A stretch of DNA of 64,000 nucleotides from Candidatus Altimarinota bacterium (GTDB lineage Bacteria; Patescibacteriota; Gracilibacteria; UBA1369), in NCBI GenBank assembly GCA_963677745.1, contig OY782391.1, positions 480,001 through 544,000 on the forward strand, in the 5' to 3' direction. Position 1 is the first letter of the stretch. Each line of letters opens with the position of its first letter. The position numbers and the translations under genes were made by a program. Below the pieces are notes generated by a model, which saw only the letters and a list, made by a program, of their open reading frames with translations, was not told where the DNA came from and did no database searches. Of this stretch, positions 49,057-59,394 are shown one piece after another.

Positions 49057-49626
49057 ATGAACTCGGTGAACGGAATTCATCACAACGACGTGCTGTACGT
49101 TCTGCAGCTGATGGGAGACTATGTGCGGGCGGGCAAACGGCCCAAGCCCAGCCACCCGGTCTCGATCAGGCTCTGCAAGCTGATCATCAGCGCCAACGTC
49201 TTCACGCTCTATTGTGAAGAAGTCAAGATGCGACTGGATGTGCTACACAACAGGTACAGCGACCGGAACCCGGTCGGTCTGAAACACCAGCAAATGGAGG
49301 AGTTTCAGCTGGTATTGCCTCAATACGACCGGCTTCACTCCGTCGCCCACGGGCTGGACATGTGGGAAAGCATGAACCCCGAGACCTTCGGCGCCAATGC
49401 TTTGGAGCGGATCAATCAGCTCCGGCATCTGGACAGGAACGTCTTCCAGCTGCTCATCAACAAGGGACTGACCCGCGAGTTGGCAGAGGATGCTCTGATC
49501 TTTTCCGGCCGTGAGCTGATTGATCCGGAGATGACCTGCTACCGCGACGTCCCCACTGAGTCCAGCCTCTTGTCCCCCTCGAACAGCACCGGGAGCAAAC
49601 GGGAAACCGACTGCTTCCGGCGCTGA
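49057..49626 (+). CDS. Orphan hypothetical protein in a GC-elevated monocistronic unit
   Basis: 189-aa ORF; purine-rich SD-like GAGGAAGGGA; upstream TTGCAT-16-TAAAAT (48940-48967). Confidence 0.65.
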   Translation: MNSVNGIHHNDVLYVLQLMGDYVRAGKRPKPSHPVSIRLCKLIISANVFTLYCEEVKMRLDVLHNRYSDRNPVGLKHQQMEEFQLVLPQYDRLHSVAHGLDMWESMNPETFGANALERINQLRHLDRNVFQLLINKGLTRELAEDALIFSGRELIDPEMTCYRDVPTESSLLSPSNSTGSKRETDCFRR

Positions 49627-49635
49627 CCAACCAAA

Positions 49636-49672
49636 CGCCGCCCTGCCGTCATAAGTGACGGGCAGGGCGGCG
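49636..49672. terminator. Strong GC hairpin between convergent genes
   Basis: CGCCGCCCTGCC-GTCA-taag-TGAC-g-GGCAGGGCGGCG; no clear U-tract on +. Confidence 0.7.
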
Positions 49673-49702
49673 CAATCCAATCTCTAAAATTCTATTTTAT
49701 CA

Positions 49703-50194
49703 TCACTCCCCCCGCTCTTCCGTGTGATAAACATGTTCGAATTCTGTTTTGTCGTATTCCAGTATTTCGTCCTCCTTGAAAAATCTGGGAACTTCTTTCA
49801 TGGCCGTCTCAACGGAATCCGAAGCATGAACAACATTGCAGGTCAAACTCATGGCAAAATCACCGCGGATTGAACCGGCCTCCGCGTCTCGCGCCTTGGT
49901 GATTCCGACAATTTTCCGGACAGCTGATACTACCTCCAGACCTTCCAGACAGATGGCAATTACCGGTGATTTTCTCATAAAGTGGCTGACACCGGGGAAA
50001 AAAGGTTTATCTGCTATATGCGCATAATGTTCACGCAACAAAGCTTCATCCAAAGTCATCATCTTGACCCCGGAAATTTTCAGGCCCTTTCTTTCAAATC
50101 TCCTGAATACCTCTCCCACCAGTCCCCGCTGAATGCCGTCCGGCTTGATTAAAATCAATGTTTTCTCGTGTATTCCAGCAAAATTCATTGGCAT
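49703..50194 (-). CDS. ndk: Nucleoside diphosphate kinase
   Basis: EKTLILIKPDGIQRGL, HYAH, GSIRGDF, NVVHASDS; start moved to ATG 50194. Confidence 0.97.
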   Translation of the reverse strand: MPMNFAGIHEKTLILIKPDGIQRGLVGEVFRRFERKGLKISGVKMMTLDEALLREHYAHIADKPFFPGVSHFMRKSPVIAICLEGLEVVSAVRKIVGITKARDAEAGSIRGDFAMSLTCNVVHASDSVETAMKEVPRFFKEDEILEYDKTEFEHVYHTEERGE

Positions 50195-50299
50195 AAAAAT
50201 ATCGTTTAAAAAATAAATTTCGCGCGAATTATAATAGAAAGGCGAACAATTGTCACCTTTGGAATTACCAGCTTTGAACATTTCAGAAAACTGGAACTT

Positions 50300-51232
50300 T
50301 TAGCCGGCAGCTCCTTCCGCTTCTTGTGGATTATCAATATCAGCGCGCCCTGCTGCCTGCACAAACTTGCTATTTTTCCAGGCTTTATGAGCTCTTAAAA
50401 ATTTCTGCACCTGAGTTATTTGTTCATTTTCCTTTTCACCTTCGGCTGAATATTTCTCAAAAATTGTCACCGGCATGCCCGTAAACACATCGCTGATGCG
50501 ATTCCGTACCGATTCCAGATAAATACCGACCGGACGATAGATTTCCGCGTATTCCAGAAGTTTTCCGACCTGGTTGCCCGCCACGTTGCTGGCCAGCCAC
50601 TGCAGAGACTCCCTCAATTCCGACTCCAGTTCGGGAGACAACCCTCTCATCACTTTTCCCGGTGGTCTGCTGCTGGCTGTCCAGGCGTTTAAACCGCTGC
50701 GCATATACCCGACTCTTTCAATGGCATTAAAAATTTTTCCCAAGCGGGAATCTCTGTCTTTTACCGTGGAATACACCTGCATCAAGGTTTCCCGGGACAA
50801 TTTTCCACCCAGCATCCGCTTCAGTAAAAATGTCATCATATGGGCTTCCTCTTCATCTTCAACTACGGTTTTCTGATCAAATGATTTATCATCAGTAATC
50901 GATTCAGCCCAGTCATGGACTTCGGAAGCCAGTACCATGATCTGAGAATCCGTACGGTTCAAAGCTTTTTCGGGATCTTGATGTTTCAAAAAAGATCTGG
51001 TCAGACCGGCAATCAGAGGCATATGTTTCAGATTGTTCATATCGGCTCCCAAAGGAGCTCCAATCCAGGCTTCCCTGGAAATTGAAGCTGGTTTAAAACG
51101 AAGCCAGCGCAATTGCCCATCCAGATGCTGACCAAAATGAGACTGGGCAAACTTATCGTGTATTTCAGAAAATTTTATTTCTCCACCATCAACCGTGTCT
51201 ATAGAATTTGGCACATGTATCTCTTTCCCCAT
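50300..51232 (-). CDS. HD-domain protein (YfbR-like, divergent)
   Basis: H...HDWAESITDD...E pattern. Confidence 0.65.
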   Translation of the reverse strand: MGKEIHVPNSIDTVDGGEIKFSEIHDKFAQSHFGQHLDGQLRWLRFKPASISREAWIGAPLGADMNNLKHMPLIAGLTRSFLKHQDPEKALNRTDSQIMVLASEVHDWAESITDDKSFDQKTVVEDEEEAHMMTFLLKRMLGGKLSRETLMQVYSTVKDRDSRLGKIFNAIERVGYMRSGLNAWTASSRPPGKVMRGLSPELESELRESLQWLASNVAGNQVGKLLEYAEIYRPVGIYLESVRNRISDVFTGMPVTIFEKYSAEGEKENEQITQVQKFLRAHKAWKNSKFVQAAGRADIDNPQEAEGAAG

Positions 51233-51337
51233 ATATGTATGTTAAATATAGGCAGAATCCAGCGCCTCAATCTTAGCACAAAGTTAGAGTTTTGCAACAA
51301 TTTGTGGATATATCAAGGGCGTGGCCGAAAACTGCCT

Positions 51338-52504
51338 CTATTTGGCGTCTACAGGCTTTATGTCCGCACCTACGGCCTCCGAAATATTCTTGAATCCGTC
51401 GCGCTGTAAGAGCTCCTCCAGCCCCAGATTAATCTGGCTGATGGCGGACGGCCCGATAAAAATCATACCTGTAATCAGCTGCACCAGATTGGCACCCAGT
51501 CTGATTTTGGCATAGGCATCTTCTGCATTGAAGACACCGCCGACACCTATTATCACTTTTTTACCTCCGGTTTTCTTATAAATATGGGTAATCAGATCAT
51601 CCGACAGATGTTTGACCACTTTCCCGCTGATACCACCCTTTTCCGGCACTTCTTTGTCGACAATTTTGTGATTTCCCCTCTTCTTGGTCAAATTGGTACA
51701 GACAAAACCGTCCACTTTGTGACGTCCACAAACCTCCAGTAACTCATCAATTTCCTTTTTGCTTAAATCGGGTGAGAATTTCAAAAACACCGGTTTTCCC
51801 TGGACATGCAAATGATCCAGATCGCTTAAAAGCAGTTCCAGACTTTCCTTATCCGTGAAAGGTTCACCGCCGAAAGCATTGGGACAACTGATATTCACAG
51901 TAATATAATCAGCGGATTCACGCATCAGTTCATAGGCTTTATGATAGTCGGCAATTCCCGCTTTTCTGTCCACGGTACAACTGGAATTGGTCTTGGCCAC
52001 GCTGACTCCATAAACAAAATGTTTGCCGGTTTTGGTCCGGTGGGCCTTGGCCTTCATTTTTTTCAGATGTTTGGAAAGCACCTCCGCCCCCTCGTTTTTT
52101 AATCCGTAATAAACCACCAGCGACTCGGATCTCTTGAGTCTCCATAAACGCGGCTTGGGATTCCCTTCACATGGTTCTCCGGTCACTGATCCGAATTCGG
52201 CAAAACCGAATCCCAGGTTGGAAAGCACCAGTGGAAGTTCAATATTCTTATCAAAACCGGCTGCCAGACCGACGGGACTGACAAAATCCAATCCGGCCAC
52301 TTTTTGCCGCAACATGGGACTGTGCGAATAAAACATCACCCGCATCAACCACCTTCCCGCTGCAGTTATCCCAAGGATTTTACCGGTCTTGACCATCCGG
52401 TCGTGAATTTTTTCGGGATCCATCAGAAAAAACACCGGCTTCAGTACGTGTTTGTAACTAAAAGAGATAAAAGCATCACGTGCCCGACAAATAATTTTTA
52501 ACAT
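51338..52504 (-). CDS. pyrD: Dihydroorotate dehydrogenase, class 2 (quinone)
   Basis: DPEKIH, GLAAGFDKN, GNPKPRL, NISCPN, TN, GGISG, GVGGV. Confidence 0.93.
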   Translation of the reverse strand: MLKIICRARDAFISFSYKHVLKPVFFLMDPEKIHDRMVKTGKILGITAAGRWLMRVMFYSHSPMLRQKVAGLDFVSPVGLAAGFDKNIELPLVLSNLGFGFAEFGSVTGEPCEGNPKPRLWRLKRSESLVVYYGLKNEGAEVLSKHLKKMKAKAHRTKTGKHFVYGVSVAKTNSSCTVDRKAGIADYHKAYELMRESADYITVNISCPNAFGGEPFTDKESLELLLSDLDHLHVQGKPVFLKFSPDLSKKEIDELLEVCGRHKVDGFVCTNLTKKRGNHKIVDKEVPEKGGISGKVVKHLSDDLITHIYKKTGGKKVIIGVGGVFNAEDAYAKIRLGANLVQLITGMIFIGPSAISQINLGLEELLQRDGFKNISEAVGADIKPVDAK

Positions 52505-52528
52505 AACCGCAAATAATTATTTTATAAA

Positions 52529-53800
52529 TCAGGAATTTAAAAGTTTCTCAAAACGGCTCTGGTCGTCATAGGGACCAATCACAGCCATTCTCAGCTTGTC
52601 ACGGACCAACAGGTTTTCGGCTACGGCATTCACCTGCCCTATCTTCACCGCTTCAATTTTTGACAAAACCTCACCGGCACCCATCAGTTTATCCTGGAGC
52701 AATTCATATTTTCCAATCAGATGCGAATACTCTTCCGAATCCTCCAGTCGTAAAATGATTTTTCCTTTCAGATAGGATTTGGCTTTCTCCAGTTCGGCCG
52801 CCGTAACACCGTCTTTCCTGGCCGTTTCATACTGCTCGATAATGGAAACTATCGCCCGGTCAATTTTTTCCACGGAAACCCCCGCGTTGGTGGAAAATGT
52901 ACCGGTATCATGGTACTCATCGGTAGTTGTACTGATGTAATAGGCCAAGCCCTGTGCTTCGCGAATATTCAGAAACATTCTGGAACTCATATTGCCTCCC
53001 AAAATTATCGCCAGCAATCTGGCTGCATAGTGCTCGTCCGATCCGTCGGCATATCCCGGGAACCCCATAACCAGATGGGCCTGCTCCGTCTTTTTATTCC
53101 TCAGCAAGAGCCTTTTACCGCCCTGCTGCTCGATGAACCGGTCAAATTTGAGGGATTTTTCCAGCCGATTCTTGGGAAATGCAAACAACTTCTCAATTTT
53201 CTGGGACAATGTTTTCTGATCAAAACTGCCTGCCACAGCAATCACCGTATTATCAGGCGTATAAAGATTGCCCAGATAGTCGAAAAACTGCTGCTGCGTG
53301 ACCGAGTTGATCAGCTCTTTGGTTCCCACCTGATCCCAGCCCAGGGGCTGGTCTCCAAACACCAGTTTTTCAAAATCCCAGCCGATCTGATACATCGGAG
53401 TATCCTGATACATATTATATTCTTCCATGATCACTCCTCTTTCCTTATCTATTTCAACAGGATCAAACCGTGAACTGATCAGCATGTCGGCCAGCACTTC
53501 CAGGGCCGTATCAATCTTTTCGGCCGCCACCTTCACATAATACCCTGCATATTCCTTGCCGGTAAAAGCATTAAAATCTCCTCCCACCGAATCAATCGCA
53601 CCGGAAACCTCCTTGGTATTGCGAAATTTCTTGGCCCCCTTGAAAAACATGTGCTCCAGAAAATGGGAAATACCGTTGGTGGCTTTCGTCTCATAACGCG
53701 AACCGGCGCCCACCAACACCAAAACCGTCACCGAACCGGTATTGGGTAAAGCCTTGGTGACCAAGCGCAAACCACTTCCAAAATTTGTCTTCTTGACCAT
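52529..53800 (-). CDS. M16 family zinc peptidase
   Basis: GISHFLEHM (HxxEH), NAFT, ERGVIMEE, LGGNMSSRMF..IRE..GLAY; start ATG 53800. Confidence 0.95.
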   Translation of the reverse strand: MVKKTNFGSGLRLVTKALPNTGSVTVLVLVGAGSRYETKATNGISHFLEHMFFKGAKKFRNTKEVSGAIDSVGGDFNAFTGKEYAGYYVKVAAEKIDTALEVLADMLISSRFDPVEIDKERGVIMEEYNMYQDTPMYQIGWDFEKLVFGDQPLGWDQVGTKELINSVTQQQFFDYLGNLYTPDNTVIAVAGSFDQKTLSQKIEKLFAFPKNRLEKSLKFDRFIEQQGGKRLLLRNKKTEQAHLVMGFPGYADGSDEHYAARLLAIILGGNMSSRMFLNIREAQGLAYYISTTTDEYHDTGTFSTNAGVSVEKIDRAIVSIIEQYETARKDGVTAAELEKAKSYLKGKIILRLEDSEEYSHLIGKYELLQDKLMGAGEVLSKIEAVKIGQVNAVAENLLVRDKLRMAVIGPYDDQSRFEKLLNS

Positions 53801-53903
53801 AATTTTTATACTTCTATAGTACTTAAGCCGGACATTGTGTTGCAATGCCGGAAACGCTAAAATAATATCTCATAATCCACTTTACTCCAAGGTCAAACTA
53901 GCA

Positions 53904-56165
53904 ATGCCTCATCAAAATAAAAGATCGGCACTCAGTCATTTCTTCAGGAAAATCAACCCTGACCGCAACCTGGTCTTCCTGATCATCGTGGCTTTTATAA
54001 TCTTAATCATTTTGGCCAGGCTGTTTTATCTGCAGGTGATCACCCATTCCTATTATGCCGGTATCGCCGCCCGGGAACATTATGGATACAGTGAATTGCC
54101 CGCCCACCGGGGGGAAATCTATATCAAGGACTATGCTTCCGGGGAAAACGTGCGGGTAGCCACCAATTCCACGCTGGACCTGCTGTTTGCCGACCCCTCG
54201 CTGATCAAAAACAAGAAACTGGTGGCCGACCGGATAGTTCCCCTGATCTACAATCTGGATGAAAACCGCAAAATCGACGAAGAAAGGGTCAAAACAGGAA
54301 TCCTCAGAGCAAAAACAGCCGAGGAACTGGAAGCAGTCAAACCCAACAGCGACGACGAGCTTTATCAGAATTTTTACAATGACTTTCTGGAAAAGATCAG
54401 CTCGGACGTCAGACCTGTAATAATCCTCAGCAACGAAATTTCGGCGGCTCAGGGGGAAGCCATCACCAAACTTGCCCAACCGGGCATCGAAGTTACTGCC
54501 GACTTCCAACTGAAAGCCTATCCGCCCAGTATTACCAACATCAAGGCGGTCGCCCAACAACTCGGAGAAATTCTGGAAACCGCTCCCCTGCAACTGGAAA
54601 GTTTATTGAGGGGCCGCAATCGTTACGTGGTACTCAAGAAAAAACTGGCGCCGGAAATTTCGGCAAAAATAAAGGAAATCATCAGTCAGGACGAATCACA
54701 GAATTTTACCGGTCTGGGCCTGAAAGAAGAATACTACCGTTACTATCCCGAAGGAAATCTGGTGGCCAACGTTCTGGGATTTGTCACCCCCGAAGGCGAG
54801 GGCAGTTATGGTATTGAAACCAAATTCAACACGGAATTGAAAGGCGTAAAAGGCGTTTTTCAGACTCAAAAAGATTCAGTGGGAAGATTGATTACCGTCG
54901 GCGACACGCTGATTCAGCCCGCCGAAGACGGTAAAAACATCGTCCTCACCATCGACCGGGCGGTACAAATGGCCGTAGAAGCAAAATTAAAAAGAGCCGT
55001 GCAGGACTACCGGGCTGATTCGGGACAGGTGGTGGTAATGGATCCAAAAACCGGCAGAATTCTGGCCCTGGCTCATTATCCCAGCTTTGACCCCAACGAT
55101 TACGGCACCGTTTACGACCGTGAAGAAATTAAACTGACCGAACAGCAGATTAAAGACCTGGTACCGGTCAAAGATCAGGATAATGTTTTCTGGCTTTACC
55201 GTAATGTGGCCGCCCAGGACCGCCTGATGATTTTCAAAAAAGAACTGGCTGACGGCACCGTGGTTTACGAACACTATAAAAACAATATCGGCCCCGAGGC
55301 CTACCAGAACAAAGTGGTCAGCGAACCTTATGAGCCGGGTTCGGTATTCAAAATCATTACCATGGCCTCCGCCATTGATGACAACGATGTCTCACCTTCC
55401 ACCACCATCAACGACAGCGGAAGCCTCAAAGTCGACGAATATGAAATCAAAAACGTCTCCGCCAAATGTACCGGACGAATCAATATGGCCAAATCGTTTG
55501 CCAACTCCTGTAACACGGGCATGGGTTGGGTAGCCCAGAAAATGGGGCGTAATCTTTTCTACAATTATATGAAACGCTTCGGGTTCGGAGAAAGAACCGA
55601 AATCGAGTTCGACAACGAAAATACCGGTAAAATACCTCACTACAGTCAGTGGGCCGATTCCGAATTGGTCACCCACGGTTTTGGACAGGGTCTGACCGCC
55701 ACCCCCATCCAGATGATCTCAGCCATTTCCGCCATTGCCAACGGCGGAGTCATGATGCAGCCTTTTATCATAGACAGCATCGAAAAATCCCCCAGCCAAT
55801 GGGTAACCACCGAACCGCAGATTCTGGGACAGGTAATTTCGGCAGAAACCGCCAAAACCATGACCGGCTTTATGGTGGGGGCTGTGGAAGACGGCGTCTC
55901 CAGCAATAACCGCATGGACAAATATTACGTTGCCGCCAAAACCGGAACCTCCCAAACCTATAAAAACGGTAAACCTCTCTCCGGAGCAGGTACCACCATT
56001 GCCACTGTTGGCGGTTTCGGACCGATCGACAATCCCCGCTTCGTCATTCTGGCTAAACTGGACCGACCAAGAAGCAGTGAATGGGCCGATAACACCACCA
56101 GTAATCTCTTCAAAGGAGTGGCGGAATTTTTATTTGAATACTATTCTCTCCCCCCCGACAAATAA
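53904..56165 (+). CDS. Class B penicillin-binding protein (FtsI/PBP2-like)
   Basis: N-terminal TM, RGEI, RYYP; EPGSVFK (SxxK), SCN (SxN), KTGT. Confidence 0.93.
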   Translation: MPHQNKRSALSHFFRKINPDRNLVFLIIVAFIILIILARLFYLQVITHSYYAGIAAREHYGYSELPAHRGEIYIKDYASGENVRVATNSTLDLLFADPSLIKNKKLVADRIVPLIYNLDENRKIDEERVKTGILRAKTAEELEAVKPNSDDELYQNFYNDFLEKISSDVRPVIILSNEISAAQGEAITKLAQPGIEVTADFQLKAYPPSITNIKAVAQQLGEILETAPLQLESLLRGRNRYVVLKKKLAPEISAKIKEIISQDESQNFTGLGLKEEYYRYYPEGNLVANVLGFVTPEGEGSYGIETKFNTELKGVKGVFQTQKDSVGRLITVGDTLIQPAEDGKNIVLTIDRAVQMAVEAKLKRAVQDYRADSGQVVVMDPKTGRILALAHYPSFDPNDYGTVYDREEIKLTEQQIKDLVPVKDQDNVFWLYRNVAAQDRLMIFKKELADGTVVYEHYKNNIGPEAYQNKVVSEPYEPGSVFKIITMASAIDDNDVSPSTTINDSGSLKVDEYEIKNVSAKCTGRINMAKSFANSCNTGMGWVAQKMGRNLFYNYMKRFGFGERTEIEFDNENTGKIPHYSQWADSELVTHGFGQGLTATPIQMISAISAIANGGVMMQPFIIDSIEKSPSQWVTTEPQILGQVISAETAKTMTGFMVGAVEDGVSSNNRMDKYYVAAKTGTSQTYKNGKPLSGAGTTIATVGGFGPIDNPRFVILAKLDRPRSSEWADNTTSNLFKGVAEFLFEYYSLPPDK

Positions 56166-56168
56166 AAA

Positions 56169-57401
56169 TCATTCATAACGCAGTGCCTCGATCGGATCCA
56201 GTCGGGCCGCTTTTCTGGCCGGATAAAGACCAAAAACGATCCCTGTCACTACAGCCACGGCCACAGAAATCAGTACTGCCTCAACGTTAACGGAAAATTT
56301 CCACATACTCTGGAAGCGAATGATAATCAGCGACAACAAATAGGATGTCCCTATTCCAAAAAACACACCCAGTAAACCTCCCGCCACGGTCAGAGTGACC
56401 GACTCAATCAGAAACTGTAACATTATATCCAGACGCGTCGCACCAACCGCCTTGCGCAGACCTATTTCACGGGTGCGCTGATTAACGGAGACATACATTA
56501 TGTTCATTATGCCGATACCTCCTACAATCAATGAAATAGATGCTATTAAAACAATAAATATGGTCAGGACACTGGAGACGGTAGTAAAGATGCCAACAGC
56601 CTGTGCCTGACTCATAATCGTAAAATCATCTTTGGACAAATCATCCTCCGGATTGTCAATGTTGTGCAAACGGCGGAGAGTATTTCTGGTTTGAATAATT
56701 GCATCATCCATATTGCCGCGGGCACCGGCCATAATTGTCTGCACATAATCAACGCCAAAAAGGTAGGTTCGCATGGTAGTAACCGGAATAAAAACCATGT
56801 CGTCCCAGTTCTCAAAAGCATTACCGCCCTGAGGCTCCAGTATACCGATAACCCGGAAGGAAAGACCTTTTATTTTCACCTCCTGATTCAATGGATCCTG
56901 ATCTCCAAACAGACGGTCGGAAATATTATATCCCAACACAATTACCCTGCTGGCCGCATCAACGTCAAAATCTTCAATAAAACGTCCCCTCTGGGGAAAG
57001 AAATTCATCAGATTTGTGTATCCCTTGCTGGTTCCATGGACCTGCGCTTTTTCATTCTCCTGTTCGTGCACCAGCACGGCGTCATAAACCAGAAACGGAG
57101 TCACATCATTCAGAAAATCGACATCGCGCAGACCGAGATAATCACGATATTTAAGCCGGTCCATCGCAGTAATTACCCCCGTCAGCCCCTCGTCGGGAGA
57201 ACCGGGCATAATATAGATCAGATCCGATCCCAGACTTGTCACAGAACCCAAGATCAGAGACTCGGCTCCCCTGCCCAGCGAAGTCATCAGTACCACGGCC
57301 CCCACGCCGATAATAATCCCCAACATGGTTAAAAAAGACCGGCCACGATTTTCCTTAATCGCCATCCAGGAAACCCCGAAATATTTGAGCAGTCTTTTCA
57401 T
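56169..57401 (-). CDS. MacB-family ABC permease
   Basis: RSFLTMLGIIIGV, VGGIGIMNIM, RTREIGLRKAVGA, DPIEALRYE; TAATG overlap with the upstream permease. Confidence 0.95.
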   Translation of the reverse strand: MKRLLKYFGVSWMAIKENRGRSFLTMLGIIIGVGAVVLMTSLGRGAESLILGSVTSLGSDLIYIMPGSPDEGLTGVITAMDRLKYRDYLGLRDVDFLNDVTPFLVYDAVLVHEQENEKAQVHGTSKGYTNLMNFFPQRGRFIEDFDVDAASRVIVLGYNISDRLFGDQDPLNQEVKIKGLSFRVIGILEPQGGNAFENWDDMVFIPVTTMRTYLFGVDYVQTIMAGARGNMDDAIIQTRNTLRRLHNIDNPEDDLSKDDFTIMSQAQAVGIFTTVSSVLTIFIVLIASISLIVGGIGIMNIMYVSVNQRTREIGLRKAVGATRLDIMLQFLIESVTLTVAGGLLGVFFGIGTSYLLSLIIIRFQSMWKFSVNVEAVLISVAVAVVTGIVFGLYPARKAARLDPIEALRYE

Positions 57402-58633
57402 TATTCGGATCTTAAACATTCAATCGGATCAAGTTTGGACGCGCTTCTGGCCGGATAAATTCCAAACAATATACCCAGCAGCACGGAAACACCAAAAGCC
57501 AGCGCCACGGAATCCCAGGTAACAATAAAACGCCAGTTCTCCTGATACCGCACTAAAACAGCTGCAATCAGACGCGAAGACATAATCCCGCCGGCCACAC
57601 CCAATGCCCCGGCTATCAAAGTTAACATGGCCGACTCAATCAGAAATTGCAGCAATATATCCGAATTGCTGGCTCCCACCGCTTTGCGCAGACCAATTTC
57701 CCTTGTTCTTTCGGACACGGCAGCCAACATAATGTTCATAATGCCTATTCCGCCAACCAGCAAAGAAATTGCGGCAATGGCAACGAGAGAAATTGTTAGC
57801 ACGTCGGAAATTTGTTTGAAAGCGTCAACCGCGTCAACCTGACTGACCACGCGAAAATCATCCTGATCAGGATCATTTTCGGGATTGTAAATAGCATGGC
57901 GTTTACGAATAAAACTCCTCAAATCCGCCATGACCTCCGAGAGATCTCCCTTGGCATTGGCCATAATGGTCATCAAATAATCCACGCCGTACAACTCGTT
58001 TTTCATGGTAGAAACAGGAATCAGACTACGCTCATCAAAATCCTGAAAAAAACGAGTCCCCTGTTCTTCCATCACACCTATTACCTGAAAATGCTTGCCA
58101 TTAATTTTGACGTTTTTGGCAATGGGATCCCTGTCTCCAAAAAGCTGATCGGCATTTTTCGAACCCAGAACTATCACGCGTGAAGAATTGGCCAGGTCTT
58201 CCACACTGATAAACCTTCCCTGCTGCACACCCGTATTGATTGACTTCAAATAACTTTCGTTCGTTCCAATCAAACGAACCTTCTTATTCTCGCTGCCAAA
58301 ATTAATTACGGTAGGATACATCAAAAGCGGTGTAACATCCTCCAGATAATCCAAATTTCTCATCGCCAGATAATCCTTGTATTTAACCTTATCTATTGCA
58401 GTAAACGATGGCGGGCCGTTCTGTGACCCTCCGCCCGGCTGGATAAAGATGCTTCTGTTGCCAAAGCTCTGAACGGAATCCAGAATCAGCGCTTCAGCCC
58501 CCTTCCCCACGGAAACCATCAGGATAACTGAACCAATGCCGATAATAATTCCCAACATCGTCAAAAAAGACCTGGATTTGTTTTCCGTTAACGATGCCAG
58601 GGCAAGCCGGATAAATTTAATTATTCTCTGCAT
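57401..58633 (-). CDS. MacB-family ABC permease (paralog)
   Basis: Same motifs as the neighbouring permease. Confidence 0.95.
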   Translation of the reverse strand: MQRIIKFIRLALASLTENKSRSFLTMLGIIIGIGSVILMVSVGKGAEALILDSVQSFGNRSIFIQPGGGSQNGPPSFTAIDKVKYKDYLAMRNLDYLEDVTPLLMYPTVINFGSENKKVRLIGTNESYLKSINTGVQQGRFISVEDLANSSRVIVLGSKNADQLFGDRDPIAKNVKINGKHFQVIGVMEEQGTRFFQDFDERSLIPVSTMKNELYGVDYLMTIMANAKGDLSEVMADLRSFIRKRHAIYNPENDPDQDDFRVVSQVDAVDAFKQISDVLTISLVAIAAISLLVGGIGIMNIMLAAVSERTREIGLRKAVGASNSDILLQFLIESAMLTLIAGALGVAGGIMSSRLIAAVLVRYQENWRFIVTWDSVALAFGVSVLLGILFGIYPARSASKLDPIECLRSE

Positions 58634-58647
58634 GAGCGGACCAGCTG

Positions 58648-59394
58648 TTATTTTTGATAATGTCCGTTTACCCCCAGACGATTAGTCACAAACTCGTGTT
58701 TTTCAATCAAACCGTCACGTATATGTACAATCTTCTCGGCATTCTGGGCAGTCACACTTTCATGCGTCACCAGGATGATCGTGTGACCTTCTTTATTCAG
58801 TTTTTGGAAAATATCCATCACCTGCTTGCCGGAAACGGAATCCAGATTGCCGGTCGGCTCATCGGCAAAAATAACCGAAGGTGAATTAACCAGTGCGCGC
58901 GCAATGGCAGCCCGCTGTTTTTCCCCGCCGGAGAGATTTACGGGTAAATAATTCATGCGGTGTTCCAACCCCACCGACTCAATGGCCCGCATCGCTTTTT
59001 CACGGTGATGGTCGGGACCGCGGGAATAAATCAGAGGCAGCATCACGTTTTCCAGGACAGTGGCATGCGGCAAAAGAAAAAAAGCCTGAAACACAAAACC
59101 GATTCTCTCCCGTCTGACCATCGCCAGATCGTCCTCGCTCAGACTGCTGACATCAATTTTTTCAAAAAAATACTGCCCCTCCGTTGGTTTGTCCAGAAAG
59201 CCCAGGATATGCATAAGAGTGGATTTCCCGGAACCGGAAGGCCCCATGATCGCCAAAAACTCTCCTGGATGTATTTCCAGATCTATACCGTGTAAGACAG
59301 GAGTGGGCGACCCTTCGGAGTAATAAGTCTTCTTCAGTCCCTGCACCGCGATAATATGATGCGACGGGCCAAATTTGCCTTTATTAGCGTCCAT
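58648..59394 (-). CDS. ABC ATP-binding protein (MacB/LolD type)
   Basis: [30 protein letters not shown]. Confidence 0.96.
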   Translation of the reverse strand: MDANKGKFGPSHHIIAVQGLKKTYYSEGSPTPVLHGIDLEIHPGEFLAIMGPSGSGKSTLMHILGFLDKPTEGQYFFEKIDVSSLSEDDLAMVRRERIGFVFQAFFLLPHATVLENVMLPLIYSRGPDHHREKAMRAIESVGLEHRMNYLPVNLSGGEKQRAAIARALVNSPSVIFADEPTGNLDSVSGKQVMDIFQKLNKEGHTIILVTHESVTAQNAEKIVHIRDGLIEKHEFVTNRLGVNGHYQK

